Part shown: positions 49,569-60,570 of the stretch, piece after piece
How the letters are laid out: each line of letters starts with the position of its first letter
How positions within the stretch are numbered: position 1 is the first letter of the stretch
Assembly: GCA_965657645.1 (NCBI GenBank)
Contig: CBFHOS010000008.1
Coordinates: 3,597 to 67,596, forward strand
Length of the DNA: 64,000 bases
Direction of reading: 5' to 3'
From: Candidatus Puniceispirillaceae bacterium
GTDB taxonomy: Bacteria > Pseudomonadota > Alphaproteobacteria > Puniceispirillales > Puniceispirillaceae
The notes under the pieces: model-generated
What the model was told of the DNA's origin: nothing
The model's database searches: none
Seen by the model: only the letters and a program-made list of their open reading frames with translations
Program-made: the position numbers and the translations under genes

Positions 49569-49816
49569 AGAATACCTTAAATCCTTTTAGTGGTTAGACC
49601 CTTGCTTGATAAAACAACCAGACCAATCACCTGTCAAATTGCATATCAAACCATGATCGTCTGAGTATCTCTTTGCAAAACGCTTTCGCCAACCGACAGA
49701 CCGCGCCGCCTTTAGGCTAGCATAGCAAAGTAAATTTGCCGATGATTGCCCTCATTAGTTTTGCGTTTCACAAGACTGATGTGTTATCTAACACCCTGAA
49801 CTTCAATGGAACACCC

Positions 49817-50935
49817 ATGCAATTTGACCGATATATTTTCTGGCAGCTAATTCGCACGACCTTTGCGGTGACCAGCGTGCTGGTCGGCATTGTCTGGTTG
49901 TTTCAAACCATCAAGCTTTTGGAATTGGTGGTGAACAAAGGCGCTAGCATCGGTGACTTTATTTTGATGTCGGTCGCGGTAATGCCTTTATGGCTTACGA
50001 TCGCCATGCCAATTGGGGCGTTTGTCGCCTTGCAATGGGTGTTTCACCGGATCATTTCCGATCGCGAATTGACCGTGATGCAGGCGGTTGGCCTAAGCCC
50101 CATGCAGATTGCCCGGGCGCCGATTTATTTTGGCACAACCATTACCTTGATGCTGATGGTGAATTCGAGCTTCATTCTGCCCAATTCCTTTGCCCTATAT
50201 AAAGAAATGCAATTCCAGATCCGCAATAGCATCCCGACTATTTTGCTCCAAGATGGCGTGTTTATTGATATCGTTGACGGCATGACCATTTTGATTGGCA
50301 AACGGCCACGCAATGGCGTTGCTGAGGATGTGTTCATCCATGACGCAAGAGACGCCGACAAGGTGACCTCCGTTACTGCCAAATACGGAAAATTCATCAA
50401 TGATCGCGGCGTGCCAAAACTTATTTTGCAAAATGGTCAGCGCGCAGAACTCAGCGATGACGGATCGTCCAGTGCGTTGTTGTTGTTTGACACACATACC
50501 TTGTCGATCACCCCACGTGCATCAAAACCGGCTACCCGCTCGCCAATTGATATGAACGAAGACAATATCGTTAACCTGCTTAATCCGGACAAATCACCGG
50601 CACCGCGCTATTACCCTGAACGGCGGGCCGAGGGTCATTACCGGATCATCTCTCCCTTTTTAGGCTTGGCTTTGGTGATGATGACGCTGGCGATTACCTT
50701 GCGGGGCCAAATTAGGCGCGATCTGTGGTTGCGGCGCTCTTTTGTTAGCATTGCCGCTGGCTTGTCGCTAATCATGCTGACCGTTGTAACCAGAGGATTG
50801 ATTGCTAGCCATCCTATCGCCATTCCGCTGATCTATACGATCGTGCTACTGCCCTGTATCGTTAGTCTTGTGCCGTTGCTTGGCGGGTTTGAAGCGCTAT
50901 TTATGCGGCGCGTGTCAAAGGGGTCACCTTCATGA
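49817..50935 (+). CDS. lptF: LPS export ABC transporter permease LptF
   Basis: Starts MQFDRYIFWQL at the ATG at 49817. YjgP/YjgQ family. Divergent from pepA, as in many Proteobacteria. Confidence 0.9.
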   Translation: MQFDRYIFWQLIRTTFAVTSVLVGIVWLFQTIKLLELVVNKGASIGDFILMSVAVMPLWLTIAMPIGAFVALQWVFHRIISDRELTVMQAVGLSPMQIARAPIYFGTTITLMLMVNSSFILPNSFALYKEMQFQIRNSIPTILLQDGVFIDIVDGMTILIGKRPRNGVAEDVFIHDARDADKVTSVTAKYGKFINDRGVPKLILQNGQRAELSDDGSSSALLLFDTHTLSITPRASKPATRSPIDMNEDNIVNLLNPDKSPAPRYYPERRAEGHYRIISPFLGLALVMMTLAITLRGQIRRDLWLRRSFVSIAAGLSLIMLTVVTRGLIASHPIAIPLIYTIVLLPCIVSLVPLLGGFEALFMRRVSKGSPS

Positions 50936-52038
50936 CCAGCCTGTTCGTCTTCGGCACATTGTTTCGGTATTTTGCATTGCGCTATCTTGCATGGGTTGCG
51001 CTGTGCGTCTTGGGCCTCGCTGGCATCGTTTCGATCATTCAAACGGTAGAGCTAATTCGCCGCGTTAGCGTTCTGGCGCGTGACAATGTTGAAATGAATT
51101 TCATTGCGATGGCATTTTTGAATATGCCGTCGGTGATTGAGCTCATCCTACCGTTCGGCCTGCTTGCTGGCTCGATGCTGTGCTTTAACGCTTGGAACAA
51201 ATCCAACGAATTCACCGTTACCAGAGGCCTTGGACATTCTATCTGGACATCGCTAAGCCCGGTGGTCATCTCCGCTCTGGCGGTAGGTATTGGCTTTATT
51301 GCGATCATCAATCCGATTGGTTCGGTTACTTCACAGCGATATGAAAACCAAATGGATGCGGTTTTTGGCGGTAATCAACAAAACTTGACGGTAAATGCCG
51401 ATGGCGTTTGGCTTAAGGATATTCAGCAAGACCGCCGGTTTATCATCCATGGCGACCAATTGAATGTCGAAACCTCGAGTATCATGGCCCCAATCATCTA
51501 CAGCTTCTCAAATGATGAGGGTCTGGAATGGCGGATGCGCGGTATTAGCATGCGGCTGACCCAAAGCGGTTGGATCGTTGAAGACGCCGTACAATGGAGC
51601 AATGACGGTCTTCGAAAAGAGCGCGGCGATATCATGCTTGCGACGCAGATGACATCGCTCAACCTGATGCGCTCTAGTGCCCCGCCGCACACTATTCCAG
51701 TATTTTCCCTGCCGCAGTTTATTGGCGTTCTGGAACAGGCAGGCTTGCCGAGTGTCGAGCACCGGATTTATCTTCACCAACTATTGGCCCTACCCTTGTT
51801 GATGATTGGAATTTCCATGCTGGGTGCGCGGTTCACCCTTAGAAACGTGATGCGTGGACGGCCTATGCAGCTATTCACGCGCGGCGTTGTTATCGCTGTT
51901 ACAATCTTTTTCTTTAGTTACTTTATGAAGATCATGGGCACGTCATTACGCGTCCCAGCAACAGTAGCCGGATGGGCGCCTGCTGTGATAGTATTCCTAG
52001 CCGGAGCCGCCTTTATAGCGCGCCTCGACGAATCTTGA
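50932..52038 (+). CDS. lptG: LPS export ABC transporter permease LptG
   Basis: 368 aa of the YjgP/YjgQ family. Overlaps lptF by 4 nt. Confidence 0.9.
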   Translation: MTSLFVFGTLFRYFALRYLAWVALCVLGLAGIVSIIQTVELIRRVSVLARDNVEMNFIAMAFLNMPSVIELILPFGLLAGSMLCFNAWNKSNEFTVTRGLGHSIWTSLSPVVISALAVGIGFIAIINPIGSVTSQRYENQMDAVFGGNQQNLTVNADGVWLKDIQQDRRFIIHGDQLNVETSSIMAPIIYSFSNDEGLEWRMRGISMRLTQSGWIVEDAVQWSNDGLRKERGDIMLATQMTSLNLMRSSAPPHTIPVFSLPQFIGVLEQAGLPSVEHRIYLHQLLALPLLMIGISMLGARFTLRNVMRGRPMQLFTRGVVIAVTIFFFSYFMKIMGTSLRVPATVAGWAPAVIVFLAGAAFIARLDES

Positions 52039-52049
52039 GAGAAAACAAA

Positions 52050-53306
52050 ATGCGTATGCCATCCATCTTGATTACCCTAGTGACAAGCCTGTTTTTGTCG
52101 ATAGGTGCCAGCCATGCCGCGGTGAATATTGTGGCCACGGTTAATGGCGAACCGATCACAAATTACGACCTCACCCAGAGGGCCAAATTCATCCAGTTGG
52201 CAACAAATCTAGATGCGTCGGAGGAAAACCAACAACGCCTCCTTGATGACGCCATACAAATGCTGATCGATGACAAACTCAAGATCCAAGCCGCCAAGAG
52301 TCTGCGTACCGACATTGAGAGTGTTGCGCTACCGATGGCGAAAGAGCTAATTGACAATTCCTATGGCAAGGATGGGATGAGTGGTAGCAAGATGTTGCGC
52401 ACTCGCGGCCTCGACCCAGCCACAGTCCAATCAAAATATCTCGCTGACCTCGCATGGTCGGACTATCTACGCACGAAATATCAGGACAAATTCGGCGCTA
52501 TTGAAGGCAAAATTGATGATGAACTGGATCGGCTTGTTGCCAATGCCAGCCAGCCTCAATTGCGGTTGAGCGAGATCGTTCTGTCACCAGGCCCGACACG
52601 GTCTTACAAACAAACGCTAGACCTTGCTGGACAGATGGTTGACGCGATCCGCAAGGGTGCTGATTTTGCCGCTGTTGCTGAGCAATATTCCGCCGCTGGA
52701 ACTGGTCAAAAAGGCGGACGTATTGGCTGGGTGGTAACGAACCGTCTCCCCACCGAATTTCGTGACATCTTAACAGCAACCAAAAATGGCGCCATCACCA
52801 ACCCGATTGAGCTTGATGGCGCAGTCTATATTTTCAAACGCGAGGGCAATCGTGAAAAGGGCCTCGCAGACGCCTCACAGGCGCGCTTTTGGCTAGCCCG
52901 CGCAATATTGGGCGTTCCCGCAGACGCAACCAACCCAGACCGCCTAGAAGCGGCCGCACGGATTGAACGCGATAGCAACGAACTGGACAATTGCGAAGAC
53001 CTTGTTGCCCTGCATAATACTTACGGAACAGGCGCTGTTTCGAAATTGAACGAAATGCTATTCGCCGATTTAGCACCGCAGATGCAAAATCTGGTTTCGT
53101 CACTTGAAAACGGCGTTGCTAGCGAGCCGTTGGCATTTGCCGAGGGTGTTGCGGTGTTCATGGTGTGCAAACGCGAGGCCCCAAAGATTGATTTGCCAAG
53201 CCGTGAAGAGGTTCAGCGTTTCCTTATGGACAAACTCTTTGGTTCGATCAGCGAGCGTAATCTTATCCGTTTACGGCGTTCTGCTGTAATCGATATTAGA
53301 GGGTAG
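52050..53306 (+). CDS. surA: SurA-like periplasmic chaperone / peptidyl-prolyl isomerase
   Basis: Signal peptide MRMPSILITLVTSLFLSIGASHA from the ATG at 52050, a SurA N-terminal domain and one parvulin domain. Synteny with pdxA-rsmA. Confidence 0.8.
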   Translation: MRMPSILITLVTSLFLSIGASHAAVNIVATVNGEPITNYDLTQRAKFIQLATNLDASEENQQRLLDDAIQMLIDDKLKIQAAKSLRTDIESVALPMAKELIDNSYGKDGMSGSKMLRTRGLDPATVQSKYLADLAWSDYLRTKYQDKFGAIEGKIDDELDRLVANASQPQLRLSEIVLSPGPTRSYKQTLDLAGQMVDAIRKGADFAAVAEQYSAAGTGQKGGRIGWVVTNRLPTEFRDILTATKNGAITNPIELDGAVYIFKREGNREKGLADASQARFWLARAILGVPADATNPDRLEAAARIERDSNELDNCEDLVALHNTYGTGAVSKLNEMLFADLAPQMQNLVSSLENGVASEPLAFAEGVAVFMVCKREAPKIDLPSREEVQRFLMDKLFGSISERNLIRLRRSAVIDIRG

Positions 53307-53310
53307 AATA

Positions 53311-54321
53311 GTGACAATCACTGGGGTAAAGCCGGGCCAAGATGCGCCCATTATCCTTACCCCCGGCGATCCCGCTGGCATTGGCGGTGAACTTACCATT
53401 CGCGCGCACAAGGCCGGTATTGGCGGTTTTTTCACCATAAATGACCCCACCTATTTGGCCGCTACTGCCCGCCAAATGGAATGTGACATCGATATTCGTG
53501 AAATTGCTTCGCCAGCCGATTACAACCCGGATGACACCGCCCTACAGGTACTTTCAACCACATGGGCAGAACAACCGGTTGCTGGCGAGCCGAACATTGC
53601 CAATGCACCGCAGATCATTGATGCCATTGCGCGTGGGGCTGGCTGGGCACAAAGCGGTGAATGCGCCGCCATGGTTACCAACCCGATTGCCAAGGCGCCT
53701 TTATTGGAGGCCGGTTTTAGCCATCCCGGTCACACCGAATTTCTCGGCAGCCTAGCACCGCCCCGCAAAGGCGCACCGATGATGATGCTCGCCGCCGATG
53801 ATTTTCGGGTTGTGCCAATCACCGTGCATATTCCCCTTAGCGCCGTGGCACCCCGGTTAACCAGCGAGATGATCGTCGATGCGGGCCGGTTGCTGGCCCA
53901 GAGCCTCAGCCAGTTTTTTGACATTGCCGCGCCGCGCATTGCTGTATGCGGGCTAAACCCCCATGCCGGTGAACAAGGCCGGATGGGTCATGAGGATGAC
54001 GCCATTATCGCCCCTGCCATTGCCCAGCTACAGGGCGAAAAGATCAATGCCTTTGGCCCTCTTCCCGCCGATACTTTGTTCCATAGCGAGGCCCGTAAAA
54101 CCTATGATGCGGTTCTTGGCATGTATCATGACCAAGTTCTAATCCCGCTTAAAACAGTCGATTTTTTTGGGGGCGTGAACGTAACTCTTGGGCTCGACTT
54201 TATCCGCACCTCGCCTGATCATGGCACTGGCTTTGACATAGCTGGCAAAGGCATTGCCCGCCCCGACAGCGTCATAGCCGCATTGAAAATGGCTAGTCGA
54301 ATGGCCCGAAAGAAGATTTAG
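53311..54321 (+). CDS. pdxA: 4-hydroxythreonine-4-phosphate dehydrogenase
   Basis: 336 aa with a GTG start. Contains GDPAGIG, HPGHTEFL and SPDHGT. Confidence 0.95.
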   Translation: MTITGVKPGQDAPIILTPGDPAGIGGELTIRAHKAGIGGFFTINDPTYLAATARQMECDIDIREIASPADYNPDDTALQVLSTTWAEQPVAGEPNIANAPQIIDAIARGAGWAQSGECAAMVTNPIAKAPLLEAGFSHPGHTEFLGSLAPPRKGAPMMMLAADDFRVVPITVHIPLSAVAPRLTSEMIVDAGRLLAQSLSQFFDIAAPRIAVCGLNPHAGEQGRMGHEDDAIIAPAIAQLQGEKINAFGPLPADTLFHSEARKTYDAVLGMYHDQVLIPLKTVDFFGGVNVTLGLDFIRTSPDHGTGFDIAGKGIARPDSVIAALKMASRMARKKI

Positions 54322-54325
54322 CACA

Positions 54326-55195
54326 ATGACCGTCCCTACCCCCGACGATTTTGCCGATAGCAATGCCAAAATCGACGCCTTGATGCCGTTGCGCACTCTT
54401 GTCGATAATATGGATATGCGGGCGCGTAAATCGCTTGGCCAGAACTTTCTATTCGATCTCAATCTAACCCGCCGCATTGCCAGATCCGCCAGCCCACTGC
54501 GCGGCACCACCATTGAAATTGGCCCCGGCCCTGGTGGTTTGACCAGAGCGCTGTTGCTAGAAAATGCGAACCATGTCATCGCCATCGATAAGGACCGAAG
54601 GGTTGAGGATGTCCTAAGGTCCCTAAGCCAAGCCGCTGGTCCACGCCTTGCTTTTCTAGAGGCGGATGCGATGAAGTGCCCGATTTGGGAAATGGGTGAC
54701 GTACCGCGGCGTATTGTGGCCAATTTGCCCTATAATATTGCCACTACATTGCTGATCAAATGGCTGGCCCATGCCAACGCATTTGAATCAATGACACTGA
54801 TGTTTCAACGTGAAGTCGCGTTGCGGATTGCGGCGAAACCCGGTGATAGTGGTTATGGTCGCCTTAGCGTTCTTACCGGTTGGTTGGCAGATGCCGAAAT
54901 TCTGTTTGATGTCCCAGCAAGCGCCTTTGTGCCAGCACCAAAAATCACATCATCCATTGTCCAGATCATCCCGCTAGCCACGCCACGATTTGATTGCAGT
55001 CAGCAAGCCCTAGAAGACATCACCCGCATTGCCTTTGGCCAACGCCGCAAGATGCTACGCGCGTCCTTAAAGAAAATTGGTGGTGAAGATCTGCTTAATG
55101 AGGCTGAAATTGACCCACAGGCGCGGCCTCAGGAGATTGACATAGAGGCATTTTGCCGATTGGCACGGCTCTATGAATCAGGCAAATTCAAATAA
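54326..55195 (+). CDS. rsmA: 16S rRNA (adenine1518/1519-N6)-dimethyltransferase
   Basis: 289 aa. Contains LGQNFLFD, EIGPGPGGLT and NLPYNI. Confidence 0.95.
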   Translation: MTVPTPDDFADSNAKIDALMPLRTLVDNMDMRARKSLGQNFLFDLNLTRRIARSASPLRGTTIEIGPGPGGLTRALLLENANHVIAIDKDRRVEDVLRSLSQAAGPRLAFLEADAMKCPIWEMGDVPRRIVANLPYNIATTLLIKWLAHANAFESMTLMFQREVALRIAAKPGDSGYGRLSVLTGWLADAEILFDVPASAFVPAPKITSSIVQIIPLATPRFDCSQQALEDITRIAFGQRRKMLRASLKKIGGEDLLNEAEIDPQARPQEIDIEAFCRLARLYESGKFK

Positions 55196-55211
55196 ATGAA
55201 TTTTCGTAAAA

Positions 55212-55889
55212 TTACATGCCGTTACGCAGATTTTTAACGAAATTAGTAAGGCCAACTTGACGGTCACGGCGTAGGCGCTCAGCCTGTAATATCGCCTTCA
55301 CCGCCTGCACCGACACATCCAAATCCTCATTCACCACAATATAATCATATTCGCGGTAATGGCTGATCTCATCTGATGCTTTTGCCATGCGGCTAGCGAC
55401 AACTTCGGCGGTGTCTTGGGCCCGGCTCAATAGGCGTTTTTCAAGATCCCGCGTAGATGGTGGCAGGATAAACACAGAAACCAGATCCTCGCGGCTTGCA
55501 TCGGCAACCTGCTGAGTGCCTTGCCAATCAATATCGAACAGCACATCGCGGCCATTCTCCAAGACATTCATTACCGGCGCGCTAGGGGTGCCGTAATAAT
55601 TGTCAAACACCTTGGCATATTCAAGAAATTCGCGGTTATTGATCATCAGATGAAAGGTGTTGTTATCAACAAAATGATAATCTTTGCCCTCAACCTCACC
55701 CGGTCGCCGCGTTCTGGTGGTTGCGGAAATAGACAGCTCTATATTGTCATCCTCGGCCAAAAGACGGCGCGAGATTGAGGTCTTGCCGGCGCCTGAGGGA
55801 GACGACAATACCAACATCAATCCTCTACGCCCAACTTGCTGATTTGTAACCATTTTACTTGATGTCATTTGGCTTCTTTCATCCATCAT
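55212..55889 (-). CDS. gmk: Guanylate kinase
   Basis: P-loop SSPSGAGKTS and TTRTRRPGE. The exact start is uncertain (N-terminal extension). Confidence 0.93.
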   Translation of the reverse strand: MMDERSQMTSSKMVTNQQVGRRGLMLVLSSPSGAGKTSISRRLLAEDDNIELSISATTRTRRPGEVEGKDYHFVDNNTFHLMINNREFLEYAKVFDNYYGTPSAPVMNVLENGRDVLFDIDWQGTQQVADASREDLVSVFILPPSTRDLEKRLLSRAQDTAEVVASRMAKASDEISHYREYDYIVVNEDLDVSVQAVKAILQAERLRRDRQVGLTNFVKNLRNGM

Positions 55890-55933
55890 TAAGTCATTTT
55901 ACAAGCAAATTGCCCCACAATATCCCTGTATTG

Positions 55934-56926
55934 TTATTGTGCTTTTGCTGCCCTTTGTATCTGGCGGAATTGTCTTACATTACGGTTGTGCTCGTCCAGT
56001 GTTTTGGCAAATAACAATCCACCTTTTCCATCTGATACGAAATACAAATATTTTGTCTCTGCCGGATTTAACGTCGCCTCAATCGCATCCTCTCCCGGAT
56101 TACAGATCGCCGTTTTAGGTAGGCCCTTGATTGTATAAGTGTTCCACGGGGTTTTGCGTTTCAGGTCGGATTTTGTGATTGTGCGCTCTGGATTATCGTC
56201 AATGCCATAAAGAACTGTCGGATCAGATTGCAGGCGCATGCCGCGGTTTAACCGGTTCATAAAGACCCCCGCAACAAGCCGTCTTTCAGCCGGATCACGC
56301 GATTCCTTTTCGACAATAGAGGCAAGAATAACGGCCTCTTCACGGGTTTTTATTGGGATATCCTTATCCCGATTCTGCCATGCTTCGATCAACAGCATGG
56401 CATGTTTTTCCTGCATGCGCTCCAGCAAGGCCAACCGCGATGTCCCATGCGTAAAGAAATAGGTTTCAGGCAGGATACTACCCTCATCAACAGCTATATC
56501 AATTTCACCCTCTAGATGCGGGGCCGCGGCGATCACCTCTAGAATTTGTGATGAACGGAGCCCTTCAACCACGGTAATGCGCCGTTGGTAGCTGACACCG
56601 GCATCAATGATTTGCATGGTTTCGGCGAGGCTAGCACCGGCTGGAATACTATATTCTCCGGCCTTTGGCAGGAAATCACGGCCAAGCCATATCCGCGCGG
56701 CATCATAGGCATAGAGCTCGTCAATCACCCCAGCGCGTTTTAACGTCCAGCGAATACTGGCATGGCCATCGCCGGGGTTTATGATTACAAAGACTTGGTC
56801 TTGATGGGGACCGGGCGCATTAAAGATTTGCCGCTCCCACGCCCAAAAGACGCCGGCACTAGCCCCAACAAGGATGATAATAAGGGCAAGCGCCCGGATC
56901 AGATGCCGGACCGCATGCCGCAGCAT
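55934..56926 (-). CDS. mltG: Endolytic murein transglycosylase MltG (YceG)
   Basis: 330 aa with an N-terminal TM segment and a YceG-like domain (ASIVEKE...). Position downstream of fabF is typical. Confidence 0.9.
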   Translation of the reverse strand: MLRHAVRHLIRALALIIILVGASAGVFWAWERQIFNAPGPHQDQVFVIINPGDGHASIRWTLKRAGVIDELYAYDAARIWLGRDFLPKAGEYSIPAGASLAETMQIIDAGVSYQRRITVVEGLRSSQILEVIAAAPHLEGEIDIAVDEGSILPETYFFTHGTSRLALLERMQEKHAMLLIEAWQNRDKDIPIKTREEAVILASIVEKESRDPAERRLVAGVFMNRLNRGMRLQSDPTVLYGIDDNPERTITKSDLKRKTPWNTYTIKGLPKTAICNPGEDAIEATLNPAETKYLYFVSDGKGGLLFAKTLDEHNRNVRQFRQIQRAAKAQ

Positions 56927-58188
56927 TAGGTTACCTGACCAACGATCAGCGACGCGTTCGTGCCACCAAAGCCGAATGAGTTTGACATAGCATTGCGAAC
57001 AACACGGTTTTTGGTCTTTAGCGGGACCAAATCCATATCCGCAACAACGTCTTCAGGATCATTCAAATTCAATGTTGGCGGTAGATCACCTGTTTGCACA
57101 GCCTTGATCGAATAGATTGCCTCGATCGCACCTGCCGCGCCCAAAAGATGGCCCGTGGCGCTCTTGGTTGACGACATTGATACATTCGCAATGCTATCAC
57201 CCAACAGGCGTTTCACAGCACCAGCCTCGATCACATCACCGAGCGGTGTCGACGTGCCATGGGCGTTTACATAATCGATATCACTAGCGTCAAGGCCAGC
57301 ACGCTTTAGCGCCGCCTGCATAGCCCGGAAACCGCCATCACCATCTTCCGCTGGCGCGGTAATGTGATGCGCGTCACCTGACATGCCATACCCTTTTACT
57401 TCGCCATAAATAGTAGCGCCGCGGGCTTTTGCATGCTCCAGTTCCTCAAGCACAACAATGCCAGCACCCTCGCCCATAACAAAACCATCACGGCCTTTGT
57501 CCCATGGGCGCGAGCCTTGATCTGGCGCGTCATTATAACCGCTTGAGAGCGCGCGAGCGGCGGCAAATCCGGCCATGCCAATACGGCATACAGCCGCCTC
57601 AGCACCACCAGCAACCATCACATCGGCATCATCCAGCGCGACCATACGCGCGGCATCGCCAATGGCATGCGCACCAGTTGAACAGGCCGTCACAACCGAA
57701 TGGTTTGGCCCTCTAAATCCATATTTAATCGACACGTGACCAGAAATAAGATTGATCAGCGCCGAGGGGATGAAAAATGGGCTAATACGGCGCGGGCCCT
57801 TTTCATTCATCAATTGATCTGTACGCACAATCGATTCAAGGCCGCCAATGCCGGAGCCGATCATCACACCTGTACGATTTTGCGATTCACGATCCTGTGG
57901 CATCCAGCCGGAATCCTGCACGGCTTCGATTGCCGCAACCAAACCCAATTGGATAAAACGGTCTTGTTTGCGTTGATCACGGGGGTCAATCCAGTCATCG
58001 AGGTTCAACCCACCGGGCTCACCCGGTCCGGGGACCTGACCTGCGATTTGACAACTGATATCGCTCACATCGAAATTTTCGATACGCGATATTCCACTTT
58101 TCCCAGCGAGAATTTGGGACCAGTTATGGGCGGCCCCCTGTCCAAGAGGGGTGACCATACCTAATCCGGTAACAACAACACGGCGCAT
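56926..58188 (-). CDS. fabF: Beta-ketoacyl-ACP synthase II
   Basis: 420 aa. Active-site context VVTACSTGAH, plus HGTSTPLGD and NSFGFGG. Confidence 0.95.
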   Translation of the reverse strand: MRRVVVTGLGMVTPLGQGAAHNWSQILAGKSGISRIENFDVSDISCQIAGQVPGPGEPGGLNLDDWIDPRDQRKQDRFIQLGLVAAIEAVQDSGWMPQDRESQNRTGVMIGSGIGGLESIVRTDQLMNEKGPRRISPFFIPSALINLISGHVSIKYGFRGPNHSVVTACSTGAHAIGDAARMVALDDADVMVAGGAEAAVCRIGMAGFAAARALSSGYNDAPDQGSRPWDKGRDGFVMGEGAGIVVLEELEHAKARGATIYGEVKGYGMSGDAHHITAPAEDGDGGFRAMQAALKRAGLDASDIDYVNAHGTSTPLGDVIEAGAVKRLLGDSIANVSMSSTKSATGHLLGAAGAIEAIYSIKAVQTGDLPPTLNLNDPEDVVADMDLVPLKTKNRVVRNAMSNSFGFGGTNASLIVGQVT

Positions 58189-58288
58189 GGCTAGTCTCCG
58201 AACAGATAATGAACAAGCTGGCTAAAATCTGGCCCCGCCTAACATTCCCTAGAATGTGTATCAGCCGGGCCAGATAATTATTGGTAAT

Positions 58289-58525
58289 TTAGGCTGCGTT
58301 CTTTTCCAAGAAAGAAACAGCATCCTTAACAGTCAGAATACTTTCGGCAGCATCATCAGGGATTTCAACACCGAACTCTTCTTCAAATGCCATGACCAGC
58401 TCAACTGTGTCTAGGCTGTCTGCGCCCAGATCATCGATGAAGCTTGCGCCATCAATAACTTTATCAGCATCTACACCAAGATGTTCGACTACAATGTTTT
58501 TCACACGATCAGCGATATCGCTCAT
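58289..58525 (-). CDS. acpP: Acyl carrier protein
   Basis: 78 aa. Contains [19 protein letters not shown]. Confidence 0.97.
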   Translation of the reverse strand: MSDIADRVKNIVVEHLGVDADKVIDGASFIDDLGADSLDTVELVMAFEEEFGVEIPDDAAESILTVKDAVSFLEKNAA

Positions 58526-58687
58526 TTATGCCCCCTATTAGGAAGGTTAGATTTGGCCGTTTCCAGCCGGGAAATTATAAAAGTTGGCGGCAATTAACAC
58601 AGATTTATCACCTGCACCACCCTAAATCATCTTTCATTATGCAAAGCCAAGCCCAACTATCAATAGATCTTTGCCCTGCACATGGCC

Positions 58688-59428
58688 CTAAAGCATAGCC
58701 ATACCGCCATTTACATGCATTGTTGTACCGGTAACATAGCCAGCTTCGTCACTGGCAAGATATAATACCGCGGCGGCAATTTCATCGGCCTCGCCAAGAC
58801 GACCCATCGGCACGCGGCCCAAAAGTCCCTCTTTCTTACCATCGTCCAAAACATCAGTCATCGGCGTGGCAATAAAGCCGGGTGCAACCACATTAACGGT
58901 AATGCCGCGGCTCGCAACTTCGCTGGCCAGTGATTTTGCATAGCCGATCATGCCTGCCTTGGATGCCGCATAATTTGTTTGTCCGGGATTGCCCGTCACA
59001 CCAACGATGGACGACACAGAAATAATCCGGCCAGAGCGGGCTTTCATCATCGGGCGCAAGGCTGCACGTGAGAGGATCATGCTGGCGGTCATATTAACCT
59101 CTAACACGGCGTCCCATTCTTCGTCCTTCATCCGCATGGCAAGATTATCGCGGGTAATGCCGGCATTATTCACCAAGATAGACACCGGACCACCAGCCGC
59201 CTCTGCACTAGCCTCAATAAGGCCAGCAACCGCCTCGCGGTCAGAAAGGTTGGCGGTAACAACATGGGCGCGCTCACCAAGACTGGCCTTTAACTCTTCG
59301 AGTTTTTCAGCCCGTGTACCGTGCAAAACGACAATGGCGCCTTGGCCGTGAAGAGTTGTTGCAATCGCCGCGCCGATACCACCAGAAGCCCCGGTGACAA
59401 GCGCAATTTTACCCGATAAATCAAACAT
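58688..59428 (-). CDS. fabG: 3-oxoacyl-ACP reductase
   Basis: Starts MFDLSGKIALVTGASGGIG at the ATG at 59428. Contains NNAG and YAASKAG. Confidence 0.95.
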   Translation of the reverse strand: MFDLSGKIALVTGASGGIGAAIATTLHGQGAIVVLHGTRAEKLEELKASLGERAHVVTANLSDREAVAGLIEASAEAAGGPVSILVNNAGITRDNLAMRMKDEEWDAVLEVNMTASMILSRAALRPMMKARSGRIISVSSIVGVTGNPGQTNYAASKAGMIGYAKSLASEVASRGITVNVVAPGFIATPMTDVLDDGKKEGLLGRVPMGRLGEADEIAAAVLYLASDEAGYVTGTTMHVNGGMAML

Positions 59429-59507
59429 CAATAACTTTCCATTCAACGATTGATAAGTATTAAATTCTTGGTCGAAAACCTGTGAGAATTTTTATCTAAG
59501 TGAACTT

Positions 59508-60455
59508 CTACAGGGCCGATAGCACACTGTCCAGATCATCGGCATTATCCAGATTAACCGCGGTCACATCCGACAAGGTACGCTTGACCAAGCCTGATAG
59601 CACTTTGCCAGTGCCAAGCTCGACAAAATGCGTGACCCCGCTTTTCCCCAATCCAACCAACGATTCACGCCAGCGCACACGGCCTGTAACCTGTGCCACC
59701 AGATTGTCACGCAATTGATCGGCCTTGGTCTCACCGGCCGCGGTCACGTTACAAATCACCGGTACCGCCGCATCATTCATTTCCACATTTGCGAGAGCCT
59801 CGCGCATTGCCTCGGCGGCGGGGGCCATCAGATCACAATGGAACGGCGCACTAACTGGCAGTTTGATCACTTTGCGAATACCCATGTCCTTGGCAATTGT
59901 AATGGCGGCATCAACCGCGCCTGCACTGCCGCTAATAACAATCTGGCCGGGCGCATTGTCATTTGCCAATTGCACCAAACCGGATCCCGAGGCGGCCGCT
60001 AGGATCTCGTCAACCTTGACTTCATCCGCACCAAGCACCGCCGCCATTGCCCCCTCACCGACGGCGACCGCCGATTGCATTGCATCACCGCGCAGGCGTA
60101 ACAACCGTGCCCCATCGCTAATGCCGATGCTGCCTGCTACCGCCAAAGCCGCATATTCGCCTAGCGAATGACCGGCCACATAATTAGCTATCTGGGTTAG
60201 GGGCTTGCCGCTTTCCGCCGCCAACACCGCGGCCGCCGCCATTGAGGTGGCAAACAACGCTGGCTGGGCATTTCGGGTTAGACGGATTTCATCATCTGGA
60301 CCATCGCGCATAATCGCGAACAGATCCTCGCCAAGGGCCTCATTGACCTCGTCAAACACATCCTTGGCTACGGTGTGCGAAGCCGCCAATGCACTGCCCA
60401 TACCTACCGCTTGGGCACCCTGACCCGGAAATTGCAAAAGAATGTTATGCGTCAT
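59508..60455 (-). CDS. fabD: Malonyl-CoA:ACP transacylase
   Basis: 315 aa. Contains FPGQGAQ and GHSLGEY. Confidence 0.95.
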   Translation of the reverse strand: MTHNILLQFPGQGAQAVGMGSALAASHTVAKDVFDEVNEALGEDLFAIMRDGPDDEIRLTRNAQPALFATSMAAAAVLAAESGKPLTQIANYVAGHSLGEYAALAVAGSIGISDGARLLRLRGDAMQSAVAVGEGAMAAVLGADEVKVDEILAAASGSGLVQLANDNAPGQIVISGSAGAVDAAITIAKDMGIRKVIKLPVSAPFHCDLMAPAAEAMREALANVEMNDAAVPVICNVTAAGETKADQLRDNLVAQVTGRVRWRESLVGLGKSGVTHFVELGTGKVLSGLVKRTLSDVTAVNLDNADDLDSVLSAL

Positions 60456-60570
60456 GATATCTGCCTATAAATCTTACAATTGTGAAACCATCCCCTGCTA
60501 TTCCACATTGCCCGCCAAAGATCAATCGCAAGATCCCCCGGAAAAATCACATCTAGATCAAAGCAAACCC

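Noticed and set aside
54139-54723. 194-aa minus-strand ORF
   Set aside because: It is antisense across the pdxA/rsmA junction, and both sense genes have clear signatures.
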